Source: an uncultured Clostridia bacterium
Lineage (GTDB): Bacteria; Bacillota; Clostridia; Christensenellales; Aristaeellaceae
DNA: 64,000 nt
Reading direction: 5' to 3'
Assembly: GCA_934636105.1 (NCBI GenBank)
Contig: CAKTZR010000013.1
Coordinates: 6,019-70,018 of the forward strand
Shown here in pieces: positions 35,256-44,000 of the stretch. The notes under the pieces are model-generated. The model had not been told where the DNA came from. It was given only the letters and a program-made list of their open reading frames with translations, and did not search any database. How positions within the stretch are numbered: the stretch's first letter is position 1; the number at the start of each line of letters is the position of its first letter. The translations under genes and the position numbers were made by a program.

Positions 35256-37139
35256 ATGAACAAGAAATGGATCGCCTCTCTTGCAAGCGTTTGCCTGCTG
35301 GCTTCCTCCTGCTTCACGGCTGCGATGGCCGAGGGCATGAAGCCCGGCACCTACACCGAGGTCACCCGCGGCATGTATGACGGCCTGACGGTTGACGTCA
35401 CCGTGTCCGAGGACAAGATCGAGGACATCAAGGTTACGGCTTACAACGAGACCGCTCCCGGCTGGCCGGCGCTGGAAAAAATGCCTGCCGCGATTCTGGA
35501 AGCGCAGTCTCTGGCGGTTGACACCGTCAGTGGCGCGACCCGCACCTCCGAGGGCATTCTCAAGGCTGTCGAAGCGGCCCTGACCGATGCCGGCGCGAAC
35601 GTCGAAGATTTCAAGAAGCCGGTCGAGGCGAAGGAAGTTGCCGCGCCGGATTACTTCCCGACCATGGGTTCCGTCGAAGTGCCGGAGCAGTGGGACGAGA
35701 GTTATGATGTGGTCGTCGTCGGCGGCGGCTTCGCGGGCCTCGCGGCGGCTTACTCCGCGGAGAAGGCCGGCAGCAGCGTCGTGCTGGTTGAGAAGCTCTC
35801 CACCACCGGCGGCAACAGCGCCATCAACGGCGGCCAGTACGCCGCTTACACCTCCGAGCGCGCCGCTGAGCTCCAGCAGAAGCTGGGCCTTGAGCCGGAC
35901 ACCGCCGAGAAGCACATCGAGGACACCATCAAGGGCGGCGACAACATGAGCAACCCGGCGCTGGTGCGCGAGATGGTTTACGCTTCCCCGGTTTACTTCG
36001 ACCTGCTGCTGGACAACGGCCTGCAGATTCGCGATACGCTGGCTCGTCCGGGCGGACACTACGGCTATCGTACCTACGTCACCGAGAATCAGGTCGGTTC
36101 CGACATCACCAACCTGCAGCTCAAGATGCTGAAGGAAACCAGCGCGACCATCGAGCTGGAGACCAAGATGGTTGAAATCTACCGCACCCGCGACGAGGCG
36201 AACCGCGTTGTCGGTATCCGCGTTGCGACCGCGGACGGCTACAAGACCATCGAGGCCAAGAAGGGCGTCATCATGGCGACCGGCGGCTTCTCCTCCAACG
36301 TCGAGATGCGCGAGACCCAGGTCCCGTACCTGACCGCGGATCTGCCGACCACCAACATCAAGGCCGCGTCCACCGGCGAGGGTATCTACCTGGCGCAGGC
36401 GATTGGCGCGAACACCACCCAGATGAGCAACATCCAGCGTTATCCGTGGGCTGACCCGAACACCGGCGTCCTGGATAAGTACGCGGTGTGGCCGTTCACC
36501 GGTCCGTCTTACGGCGTTATCTATGTGGATTACAACGGTAACCGTTACGTCAACGAAGGCGACCGCCGCGACGTCTGCGCGAATGCTGCCGTCAACACGG
36601 GCTTCGTTTCCACCTACGCGATCTTCACCGAGCCGGTCGTTGCCGGTTACGTCCGTGACGAAGAAATCGAAGCCGGTATCGCCGATGGCCGCATCCTGAA
36701 GGCGGACACCCTCGACGAGCTGGCCGAGAAGATCAACGGCTTCGCGGTGAAGGGCCAGTATCCGACCGTCACCGGCGAGAACCTCAAGGCCACCATCGAG
36801 AAGCACAACAGCTACATCGACAATGGCGTTGACCTCGACTTCGGCAAGGTCATGGCTTCCACCATGGTCAAGATTGAGGATGGCCCGTACTACGCGCTGC
36901 CGCAGTTCCCGTCCGTGCATCACACGATGGGCGGCCTGGTCATCGACACCATGACCCGTGTCATCGACATCTACGGTCAGCCGATCGACGGCCTCTACGC
37001 GGCTGGCGAAGTCACCGGCGGCGTGCACGGCACCAACCGTCTGGGCTCCAACGCGGATGCTGATGCCTGCGGCTTCGGCTACATCTCCGGCATCGTCGTC
37101 TCCACTGGCGAGCTCCCGGACTTCATCCCCGCTGAATAA
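35256..37139 (+). CDS. Secreted FMN-binding-domain/FAD-dependent reductase (fumarate/urocanate-reductase-like flavoprotein)
   Basis: 627 aa from the ATG at 35256 (AGGAAAGGAGAA upstream). Signal peptide MNKKWIASLASVCLLASSCFTAAMA. The FMN_bind domain carries the flavinylation motif DTVSGATRTS. Next comes a dinucleotide fold YDVVVVGGGFAGLAAAYSAEKAG and the C-terminal HHTMGGL...GLYAAGEVTGGVHGTNRLG, typical of FAD_binding_2 flavocytochrome-c-type reductases. Confidence 0.8.
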   Translation: MNKKWIASLASVCLLASSCFTAAMAEGMKPGTYTEVTRGMYDGLTVDVTVSEDKIEDIKVTAYNETAPGWPALEKMPAAILEAQSLAVDTVSGATRTSEGILKAVEAALTDAGANVEDFKKPVEAKEVAAPDYFPTMGSVEVPEQWDESYDVVVVGGGFAGLAAAYSAEKAGSSVVLVEKLSTTGGNSAINGGQYAAYTSERAAELQQKLGLEPDTAEKHIEDTIKGGDNMSNPALVREMVYASPVYFDLLLDNGLQIRDTLARPGGHYGYRTYVTENQVGSDITNLQLKMLKETSATIELETKMVEIYRTRDEANRVVGIRVATADGYKTIEAKKGVIMATGGFSSNVEMRETQVPYLTADLPTTNIKAASTGEGIYLAQAIGANTTQMSNIQRYPWADPNTGVLDKYAVWPFTGPSYGVIYVDYNGNRYVNEGDRRDVCANAAVNTGFVSTYAIFTEPVVAGYVRDEEIEAGIADGRILKADTLDELAEKINGFAVKGQYPTVTGENLKATIEKHNSYIDNGVDLDFGKVMASTMVKIEDGPYYALPQFPSVHHTMGGLVIDTMTRVIDIYGQPIDGLYAAGEVTGGVHGTNRLGSNADADACGFGYISGIVVSTGELPDFIPAE

Positions 37140-37155
37140 TCAAATCGCTCACATG

Positions 37156-37187
37156 CGGCGGCGCGAAAGCGCCGCCGTTCTTTTTTT
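37156..37187 (+). terminator. Rho-independent terminator of the reductase gene
   Basis: CGGCGGCGC GAAA GCGCCGCCG followed by TTCTTTTTTT. Confidence 0.75.
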
Positions 37188-37235
37188 GTTCCGCCCTGTG
37201 TATATATGAAGCATGACGATGGGGAGGGGACGCGT

Positions 37236-38393
37236 GTGAAAAAGGTTTTCGCGGCGGCTATGCTGCTGATGCTTGCCATGATGCTTTCGGTCTGTGCGCT
37301 GGCGCAGACGCAGATGGATGTTTTTTTCGCGGAAGGCGCGATGGAGCGGGAGACGGCCGAGCGGCTGATGGAGCTGACGCGGCGGGCGTTTCCGCAGGCA
37401 CAGTGGCGGGCGCTGGAGGAAAGCGAAGCGGGCGATTTGCGCACGCTGATCCTTCGGGATGATGTGCCGGATATCATCCTCTGCGCGTCGGGCGAAGCGA
37501 AGCTCTGGGTGAGCGACGGGCTTTTTGCCGCGCTGGATGGCTGTGCGGCGGATGCGGATCGAATCAGCGAAGCGGTTTTGGATGCCTGCGTGCAGGATGA
37601 ATCGCTGTTCATGCTGCCGCTTGTCGCGAAGCATCGGCAGATGGCGGTCAATCGGCGGCTGATGGAGAAGCGGCGGCTGGACAGCATGACCAACCCCATC
37701 GAGCATCCGCTCTGGTATCCGATGGAGTTTGACCAGATTTTGGAGGAATTTGCGCTGGCGGATCATCCGGCGATGGAGATTTGGCCGGCCGAGCCGGAGA
37801 GCAGCGGCGCGCTTGAAGCCATGCTGCAAGCAATCTACGGCGGCGCATGGCTGACCGAGGACGGCGAAACCAGTCAGGCGGACCACGTCAACGTGCGCGC
37901 GGCGCTGGAATGGCTGCGCGACCGGGTGAAGAGCGGACTGATTGCGCAGGTTGAGAGCCGGGACGAGGCGCTGAAACACTTTTTGAACGGGGAAACGGCG
38001 ATTTTCATCGATTGGCAGTCGGGAGACAGCAGGCGTTACGCCCGCGAACTGGATCAAAACGGAATCGAGCTGGTCGAAATGCCGTATCCGTCCTCCACGG
38101 GCTTCGTTATTCGGTCGTTTGAAACGACAGGCGTCTGTGTCTCGAATGGGGCGAACAGCGCGCTGGCGATGCGCGCCGCGGCGTTTTGGCATATGGACGC
38201 GCAGGTGCAGCTGCTGCTCGGCGACCGGGGCCTCTGGCGGGACGACGCGGTTTGGCTGCCGGAAATCGACGCCGCGCCCAAGGGACAGACGCTGCGCAGA
38301 CTGATGGATGAAGCGATTGAAGCTGTTTTAAGCGGCGAAAGCGCGCCTAAGGACGCATTGCGGCTCGTTCAGGCGGCGATGGATGCGATGTAA
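37236..38393 (+). CDS. Secreted solute-binding-protein-like protein (family-1 SBP fold, orphan)
   Basis: 385 aa from the GTG at 37236 (GGGGAGGGGA upstream). Signal peptide VKKVFAAAMLLMLAMMLSVCALA. MalE-like features (PDIILCASGEAKLWVSDGLF, FLNGETAIFIDW). No adjacent permease genes. Confidence 0.5.
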   Translation: MKKVFAAAMLLMLAMMLSVCALAQTQMDVFFAEGAMERETAERLMELTRRAFPQAQWRALEESEAGDLRTLILRDDVPDIILCASGEAKLWVSDGLFAALDGCAADADRISEAVLDACVQDESLFMLPLVAKHRQMAVNRRLMEKRRLDSMTNPIEHPLWYPMEFDQILEEFALADHPAMEIWPAEPESSGALEAMLQAIYGGAWLTEDGETSQADHVNVRAALEWLRDRVKSGLIAQVESRDEALKHFLNGETAIFIDWQSGDSRRYARELDQNGIELVEMPYPSSTGFVIRSFETTGVCVSNGANSALAMRAAAFWHMDAQVQLLLGDRGLWRDDAVWLPEIDAAPKGQTLRRLMDEAIEAVLSGESAPKDALRLVQAAMDAM

Positions 38394-38426
38394 CGCAGAT
38401 TTCTTTGCTGAAAACAAAAATTTTTC

Positions 38427-38456
38427 TTGCAAAATGGGGACTGACCGTGTTATAAT
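38427..38456 (+). promoter_or_regulatory. Sigma-A-type promoter of rplS
   Basis: TTGCAA (38427-38432), 18-nt spacer, TGT-TATAAT (38451-38456). It is followed by an ~80-nt leader before the GAAAGGAGA RBS. Confidence 0.55.
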
Positions 38457-38537
38457 CTCCTTTGTATGAACGGGCGCTCCGCTGCGGAACAAAGTCGCGT
38501 TGCGCATGAACGCCCCGACGAAAGGAGAAAATGACCG

Positions 38538-38879
38538 ATGAGCGAAATCATCCGTGCTATTGAGAGCGAGCAGCTCAAGAAAGACCTTCCCAAGTTCAAC
38601 GTGGGCGATACCCTGCGTGTCATGGTTAAGGTTGTTGAGGGCGATCGCGAGCGCCTGCAGGCCTTCGAGGGCATCTGCATCGCGAAGCGCAACGGCAGCA
38701 TCCGTGAGACCTTCACCCTCCGCCGTGTTTCCTACGGCATTGGCGTGGAGCGTACCTTCCCGCTGCATTCCCCGCGTCTTGACAAGATTACGGTGCTCCG
38801 TCGCGGCAAAGTCCGTCGTGCGAAGCTGTACTATCTGCGTAATCTGTCCGGCAAGGCCGCCAAGATTAAGGAGAAGTAA
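38538..38879 (+). CDS. rplS: 50S ribosomal protein L19
   Basis: 113 aa. Contains ...[68 protein letters not shown]..., a diagnostic L19 sequence. Confidence 0.97.
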   Translation: MSEIIRAIESEQLKKDLPKFNVGDTLRVMVKVVEGDRERLQAFEGICIAKRNGSIRETFTLRRVSYGIGVERTFPLHSPRLDKITVLRRGKVRRAKLYYLRNLSGKAAKIKEK

Positions 38880-38889
38880 TTGTGCTGTT

Positions 38890-38925
38890 AAGACCGCCGG
38901 GCGTTGCGTCCGACGGTCTTTTTCT
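38890..38925 (+). terminator. Rho-independent terminator after rplS
   Basis: AAGACCGCCGG ...9 nt... CCGACGGTCTT followed by TTTCT. Confidence 0.65.
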
Positions 38926-38957
38926 ATTATTATACGCGCCTAAAAGCATCGAACAGG

Positions 38958-39028
38958 CGCGAAGCGAAGTTGGGAGTCTGAGGGATGAATCCCTCAGACA
39001 GGGTTTGGGGCGGTAGCCCCAAGGAGGG
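38958..39028 (+). repeat. Modular hairpin repeat, two-hairpin core copy
   Basis: CGCGAAGCGAAG-TT-GGGAGT-CTGAGGGAT/GA/ATCCCTCAG-ACAGGG-TTTGGGGC/GGTA/GCCCCAA-GGAGGG. Its 3' end is the SD of rbgA (ATG 39033). Confidence 0.85.
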
Positions 39029-39032
39029 TACT

Positions 39033-39962
39033 ATGAACGAAGATGTGATGCTCCGCGCCGATGAGAAGAAGATCAACTGGTATCCCGGCCATATGGCCAG
39101 GGCCAAGCGCGCGCTGGCCGATCAGCTCAGCCGCGTCGATGTGGTCGTCGAACTTTGCGACGCGCGCATTCCCCGCGCCAGCCGTAACCCGGATTTGGCC
39201 GATATGATCAAAAATAAGCGCCATCTGCTCGTGCTTGGCAAGGCCGACCTCGCGGAGGAGCGCGAAACCCGCGCGTGGCTCGGCTACTTCCGCGCGCAGG
39301 GCATCGACTGCATGAGCTTTGACAGCATCCGCGGCAAGGCGAAGGATATCGTCGCCCGCATCGAAAAAGCCAGCGCCGACGCGGTGGCCAAAATGGCCGC
39401 GAAGGGCGTAAAAAAGACCGTGCGCGTGATGATCGTCGGCGTGCCGAACGTCGGCAAATCCACGTTTACCAACCGCATCAACGGCGCTTCCATCGCGCGA
39501 ACCGGCGACCGCCCCGGCGTGACACGCAGCAACCAGTGGGTGCGCATCACGCCGTATCTGGAATTGCTGGATACCCCCGGCCTGCTCTGGCCGAATTTGA
39601 GCGATCAGCAGGATGCGCGTGCGCTGGCGTTTGTCGGCACGATCAACGATAACATCATGGATCAGCAGATGCTCGCCATCCGCCTGATGGAGCGGCTGAT
39701 GGAGGATCACGCCGACGCGCTGACGACCCGCTTCAAGCTCAAGGATAACACCCTGCGCGGCGTGCCGCTGCTGGATGAAGCCTGCCGCGGGCGCGGGTGG
39801 CTGCTTCCCGGCGGCGTATGCGATACCGATCGCGGCGCGGCGGTCATTCTGGATGAGTTCCGCGCGGGCAAGCTGGGACGCATTACCTTGCAGAAAGCGC
39901 CGCTCAAAGAGCCAAAAGAAACGATAGAAATGCGCGAAGCGAAGAAGGAGTCTGAGGGCTAA
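39033..39962 (+). CDS. rbgA: Ribosome biogenesis GTPase A (YlqF/RbgA)
   Basis: 309 aa from the ATG at 39033. INWYPGHMARAKR, a circularly permuted GTPase order (NKRHLLVLGKADL ... GVPNVGKSTFTNR ... DTPG), and conserved rplS-rbgA-rnhB synteny. Confidence 0.92.
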   Translation: MNEDVMLRADEKKINWYPGHMARAKRALADQLSRVDVVVELCDARIPRASRNPDLADMIKNKRHLLVLGKADLAEERETRAWLGYFRAQGIDCMSFDSIRGKAKDIVARIEKASADAVAKMAAKGVKKTVRVMIVGVPNVGKSTFTNRINGASIARTGDRPGVTRSNQWVRITPYLELLDTPGLLWPNLSDQQDARALAFVGTINDNIMDQQMLAIRLMERLMEDHADALTTRFKLKDNTLRGVPLLDEACRGRGWLLPGGVCDTDRGAAVILDEFRAGKLGRITLQKAPLKEPKETIEMREAKKESEG

Positions 39963-39997
39963 GCCTTCAGGCGGGTTTGGGCGGCAGCCCAAAGGAG
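39933..39997 (+). repeat. Modular hairpin repeat, core copy overlapping the rbgA 3' end
   Basis: CGCGAAGCGAAG-AA-GGAGT-CTGAGGGCT/AAGCCTTCAG-GCGGG-TTTGGGC/GGCA/GCCCAA-AGGAG. It encodes the last residues (AKKESEG) and the TAA of rbgA, and it supplies the SD for rnhB (ATG 40001). Confidence 0.85.
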
Positions 39998-40000
39998 CTT

Positions 40001-40624
40001 ATGATGAAAAAAGACTGGAATGCCCGTCTGGAGGAAATCACGCAGACGGACAAGGCCATTTGGGCGACGGGGCGCGCCTTTGCGGGCCTTGACGAAGCGG
40101 GGCGCGGCCCGCTCTGCGGCCCGGTTGCGGCGGCGTGCGTCGTGATGCCGCCCGAACCGCTGCTGCTGTATGTGGACGACAGCAAAAAGCTGACGGAGAA
40201 GCGCCGCGAAGCGCTCTACGATCAGATCATGGAAACGGCGGTCTATGCGAAGGTGATCCTTGCGTCGCCGGAGGAGATCGACCGGGTGAACATCCTGAAC
40301 GCGACGAAAAACGCGATGGCGCTTGCCGCGAAGGATGCGCCCTGCGACCTGTTTCTGGTGGATGCGATCACAAGGCTGGATGTGCCGGGCGAGGTGCGCG
40401 GAATTGTGCATGGCGATGCGCTCTGCTATTCGATTGCGGCGGCTTCTATTTTGGCGAAGGTGACGCGAGACCGCATCATGCGCGAGCTGGACGCGCAGTA
40501 TCCGCAATACGGATTAGCGAAAAACAAGGGATACGGCACGGCGGAGCACATTGCCGCGCTGAAGCAGTACGGCCCGACCCCGATTCACCGCCGCTCGTTC
40601 ATCGGGCACTTTGTCGAGGTGTGA
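40001..40624 (+). CDS. rnhB: Ribonuclease HII
   Basis: 207 aa. GLDEAGRGPLCGPV (catalytic DEAGRG), DDSKKL and GYGT..H motifs. Confidence 0.93.
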   Translation: MMKKDWNARLEEITQTDKAIWATGRAFAGLDEAGRGPLCGPVAAACVVMPPEPLLLYVDDSKKLTEKRREALYDQIMETAVYAKVILASPEEIDRVNILNATKNAMALAAKDAPCDLFLVDAITRLDVPGEVRGIVHGDALCYSIAAASILAKVTRDRIMRELDAQYPQYGLAKNKGYGTAEHIAALKQYGPTPIHRRSFIGHFVEV

Positions 40625-40629
40625 GGGAA

Positions 40630-40986
40630 ATGCAATCTGATGGTATCGGAGTTTTGGGCGAGGTGCGCGCGGAGCAATATCTCGCGGAGCGAGGGTATCA
40701 AATCCTTGCGCGCAACGCAGTCTTTCCCGGCGCGGAAATCGACCTGATTGCGCAGGACGGGCGGGTGATCGTCTTTGTCGAGGTCAAGATGAGGACGAGC
40801 GGCGCGTCCTATGGGCGCGAAGCCGTGACGCTGGCCAAACAAAAGAAAATATGCAGAGGTGCGCTGCTCTATATGGCGAAAAACGGCCTGACCGAGCGGC
40901 AGGCGCGATTCGACGTGATCGAAATTCGGGGCGCAAGGCTGACACATATCAAGGACGCGTTCCCCTATCGGGGGCCTATGTTTTGA
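40630..40986 (+). CDS. yraN: YraN-family (UPF0102) endonuclease-like protein
   Basis: 118 aa from the ATG at 40630. Contains GEVRAEQYLAERGYQILARN...EIDLIAQDGRVIVFVEVKMR...RFDVIEI, typical of YraN. Only the last third of track ORF 40135-40986 is used. Confidence 0.85.
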   Translation: MQSDGIGVLGEVRAEQYLAERGYQILARNAVFPGAEIDLIAQDGRVIVFVEVKMRTSGASYGREAVTLAKQKKICRGALLYMAKNGLTERQARFDVIEIRGARLTHIKDAFPYRGPMF

Positions 40987-41007
40987 CTTTTCCCGGAGGC
41001 TCATGAG

Positions 41008-44000
41008 ATGAAAAAGAAACCCTGGATCGTCGTTTTGCTCGTGCTGCTCGTTCTTGCGGCAGGCTCTTTTGCGCTGCTTTCCGGCGGCGCAAACGAGGCT
41101 GTGCCGCAGACGGGCAACCTGATTGCAAACGGCGATTTTTCGATTTTGGAGGATGGACAGGCCGCAGGCTGGGAAACCGGCATGTGGGTGACGAGCGCAG
41201 GCGCGTCCTATCTGGAAGCGGTGACGCTTGCGGACGGCACGACCGCCGCGCTGGTGGAAAACGCCGCGAGCAACGACGCGCGCTTTGAACAGACGGTCGC
41301 CGTCCGCGAGAACACAACCTACAAGCTGACCGCGCGCGTGATGGCCGAGGGATGCGGCGAGGGGATGAAGGGCGCGAACGTGTCCTTCTCCGGCATATAC
41401 GGCACGAGCCGTGACCTGCACGACACAGACGGCCAGTGGGAGACGCTGACCCTGTACGGCCGAACGGGCAAAGGACAGAAGGAAGTTACGGTCATGGCGC
41501 GTCTGGGCGGCTATGGCGCGGAAAACACGGGCAAGGCGTGGTTCACCGATGTGAGCCTTGAGCAGGTGGAAACCGTGCCCGTCGGCGAGACGGTGCTCGA
41601 TTTGGCTACGCCCGCGCCGAGCAAAAAGACCGACACAAGCGAACCGAAGACGGCGAAGGACATGAGCATTCCGCTGCTGATCGGCGCGGCCTGCGTCTAT
41701 CTGGCGCTTGCGGCGGCGCTGGTTCGCGGTCTGTCGGGCAGGAAGCTGAACGCGCGCGCGGGTCTGCTGGCGACGCTGCTTGTGGCGCTGGCGATTCGCG
41801 TGATTCTGGCGTTCACGGTCGAAGGATACGGCGTGGATATGGGCTGTTTCGGCGCGTGGGCGGGCAAAATGGCCGCAGGCGGCCCGGAAAATTTCTACGA
41901 GGAAGGCTATTTCTGCGATTATCCGCCGGCCTATATGCTGGTGCTGTGGCTGTTTGGTCTGCTGGGGCGGCTGTTCGGTCTGGGTACGGGGAGCATGGCC
42001 TTTCAGGGACTGATGAAGCTTGCGCCGATCGCCTGCGACCTTGCGTTGGCGGCGGTCTGCTTCCGATATGCAAAGGACAAGCTGGGCGAGGGCATGGCGC
42101 TGGCCGTTTCCGGGCTGCTGGCGCTGAACCCGGCGTTCATCGTGACTTCGAGCTGCTGGGGGCAGATTGACTCCGTGTTGGCGCTGCTGCTGGTGCTGAT
42201 GCTGCTGTATGCGCGGGAAGGACAATGGCACATCGCCATCCCGATTTTCGCTTTGGCCGTGCTGGCTAAGCCGCAGGCAGGTCTGCTCGCGCCGCTGGGC
42301 GTGGCCGCGCTGCTCAAGGAAACGCGGCTGGGCGGGAAGCGCGGAAAATCCATCGGCCTTGGCCTGCTGGGCGGCGTGGCGGTGACGCTGGCCGTCGTGC
42401 TGCCGTTCGCGTGGGGCGAAAACATCTTCACGTGGCTGGTGGATAAATACGCGGCGACGCTCTCCGGCTATCCGCATGCGACGCTCTCGACGGGCAACCT
42501 GATGTTCCTGCTGGGCGGCAACTGGGTGGATGAATCCACCGCGCTCATCGGGTCGATCACTTACGGGCAGATCGGCTTCGCGCTGATGCTGCTGTCCTTC
42601 GCGGCGGGTATAGCGGTCTATTTTATGGGCAGAGGCAGGAGCCGCCTGTTCCTCTCCGCTGCGCTGACCATGCAGCTGCTTTTCGCGTTGACAACCAAGA
42701 TGCACGAGCGCTACATTCTGCCCGCGCTGGCGCTGCTGTTCTTCGCGTTTATGGAAACGGGGGATATCCGCCTGCTGATTTCCGGCGCGCTGGCTTCGGC
42801 GGCTTCGGCGGTGAACATCGGCGTGGTGCTGGCGTATGATTATCTGATTGCGCCGAACACGTGGCTGGGCTATGTGCTGGGCGTGGTGCAGCTGGCTGCT
42901 GCGGCGCTGACGGCCTATGCGGCGGTCCGCCTGTCTATGGGCGCGCAGCCGATGACTCTGTCGGAGCGCAGGGCCAAGGCGGCGGCAGCCCCGGAGGAGA
43001 GCGATGAAAAGTCCGTCTGTGCCGCCGAAAAGCGCGAGCGCGACGAGCTGCTGCATCCGCAGGATTACCGCCTGCACCTGAAAAAGCGCGATTTTGCCAT
43101 CATGGCGGCGCTGACGCTGGTTTACAGCGTGGTGGCGTTTGTTCACCTCGGCACGACGAAAGCGCCGCAGACGGGCTATGTTTCCACGGCGGCGGGGGAG
43201 ACTGTGGTGCTTGACCTCGGCGAAAATCAGGAAGATTTTCACCTGTATTATTACGGCGGCATTTCCGACACGCAGTTCACCGTCGCCACTTCGGTGGACG
43301 GCGTGACCTATACCGAGGAAATCGGCGCGTTCTTCGACCGGGGCGAGTGCTTCAAGTGGCTGGCCCTGCGCGAACCGACCTATAACGCGGACGGCGTGGT
43401 GGCGGGCGCTTCCGGCGGCATGCTGGCGCTGAACGGACGCTATATCCGCTTGACATTCGACGGCGCGGGTTCGGCGCTCTGGGAGGTTGCGGCGGTCGAT
43501 GGAAACGGTCATGCGATTCCCGTGGTCTCCATTGCGGCGGAAGGCGCAGTCGAGGGACGCGCGGCCGACCCGAACACGCTGATCGACGAACAGGATACCG
43601 TACCCGAAAAGCCGACGTATGAAAACAGCATGTATTTTGATGAAATCTATCATGCGCGCACAGGCTACGAGCATGCGCACAGCCTGTATACCTATGAGAC
43701 GACGCATCCGCCGCTGGGCAAGGTCTTCATGAGCTGGTGCATCGACCTGATGGGCATGACGCCGTTTGCGTGGCGCTTTGCGGGCACGCTCACAGGCATT
43801 TTGATGATTCCGGCCATCTATCTGCTGGCGATGCAGTTGATGAAGCGGACGCGCTGGGCGGCGCTCTGTGCGCTGCTGCTGACGGCGGACTGCATGCACT
43901 TCACGCAGACGCGCATCGCGACGATCGATTCCTTCCCGGTGCTGTTCATGATGGTGATGTTCCTGTTTATGGCGCGCTGGATGCAGATGAGCTTCTATCA

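Noticed and set aside
34837-35286. 149-aa minus ORF in the AT-rich spacer between the LysR terminator and the reductase gene
   Set aside because: It has no RBS. It overlaps the reductase start and the LysR 3' end. Its translation is low-complexity (FFFFLLSYV...). It is an AT-rich regulatory spacer rather than a gene.
35178-37028. 616-aa minus ORF, plus other antisense ORFs at 11242-12216, 12256-12957, 29950-30687, 30684-31415, 38994-39992, 45828-46667 (+), 46763-47626 (+), 49377-50525 (+), 50827-52323 (+) and 59964-62162
   Set aside because: Each sits opposite a gene with strong motif evidence (reductase, dnaX, ABC genes, rbgA, pxp genes, M18, LRR/SEC-C). All are treated as non-coding shadows.
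38457-38537. Possible L19 ribosomal-protein leader upstream of rplS
   Set aside because: The position is right (an ~80-nt leader after a good promoter) and some pairing is possible (GGGCG...CGCCCC). I cannot verify the Rfam L19-leader consensus by eye. It needs cmscan.
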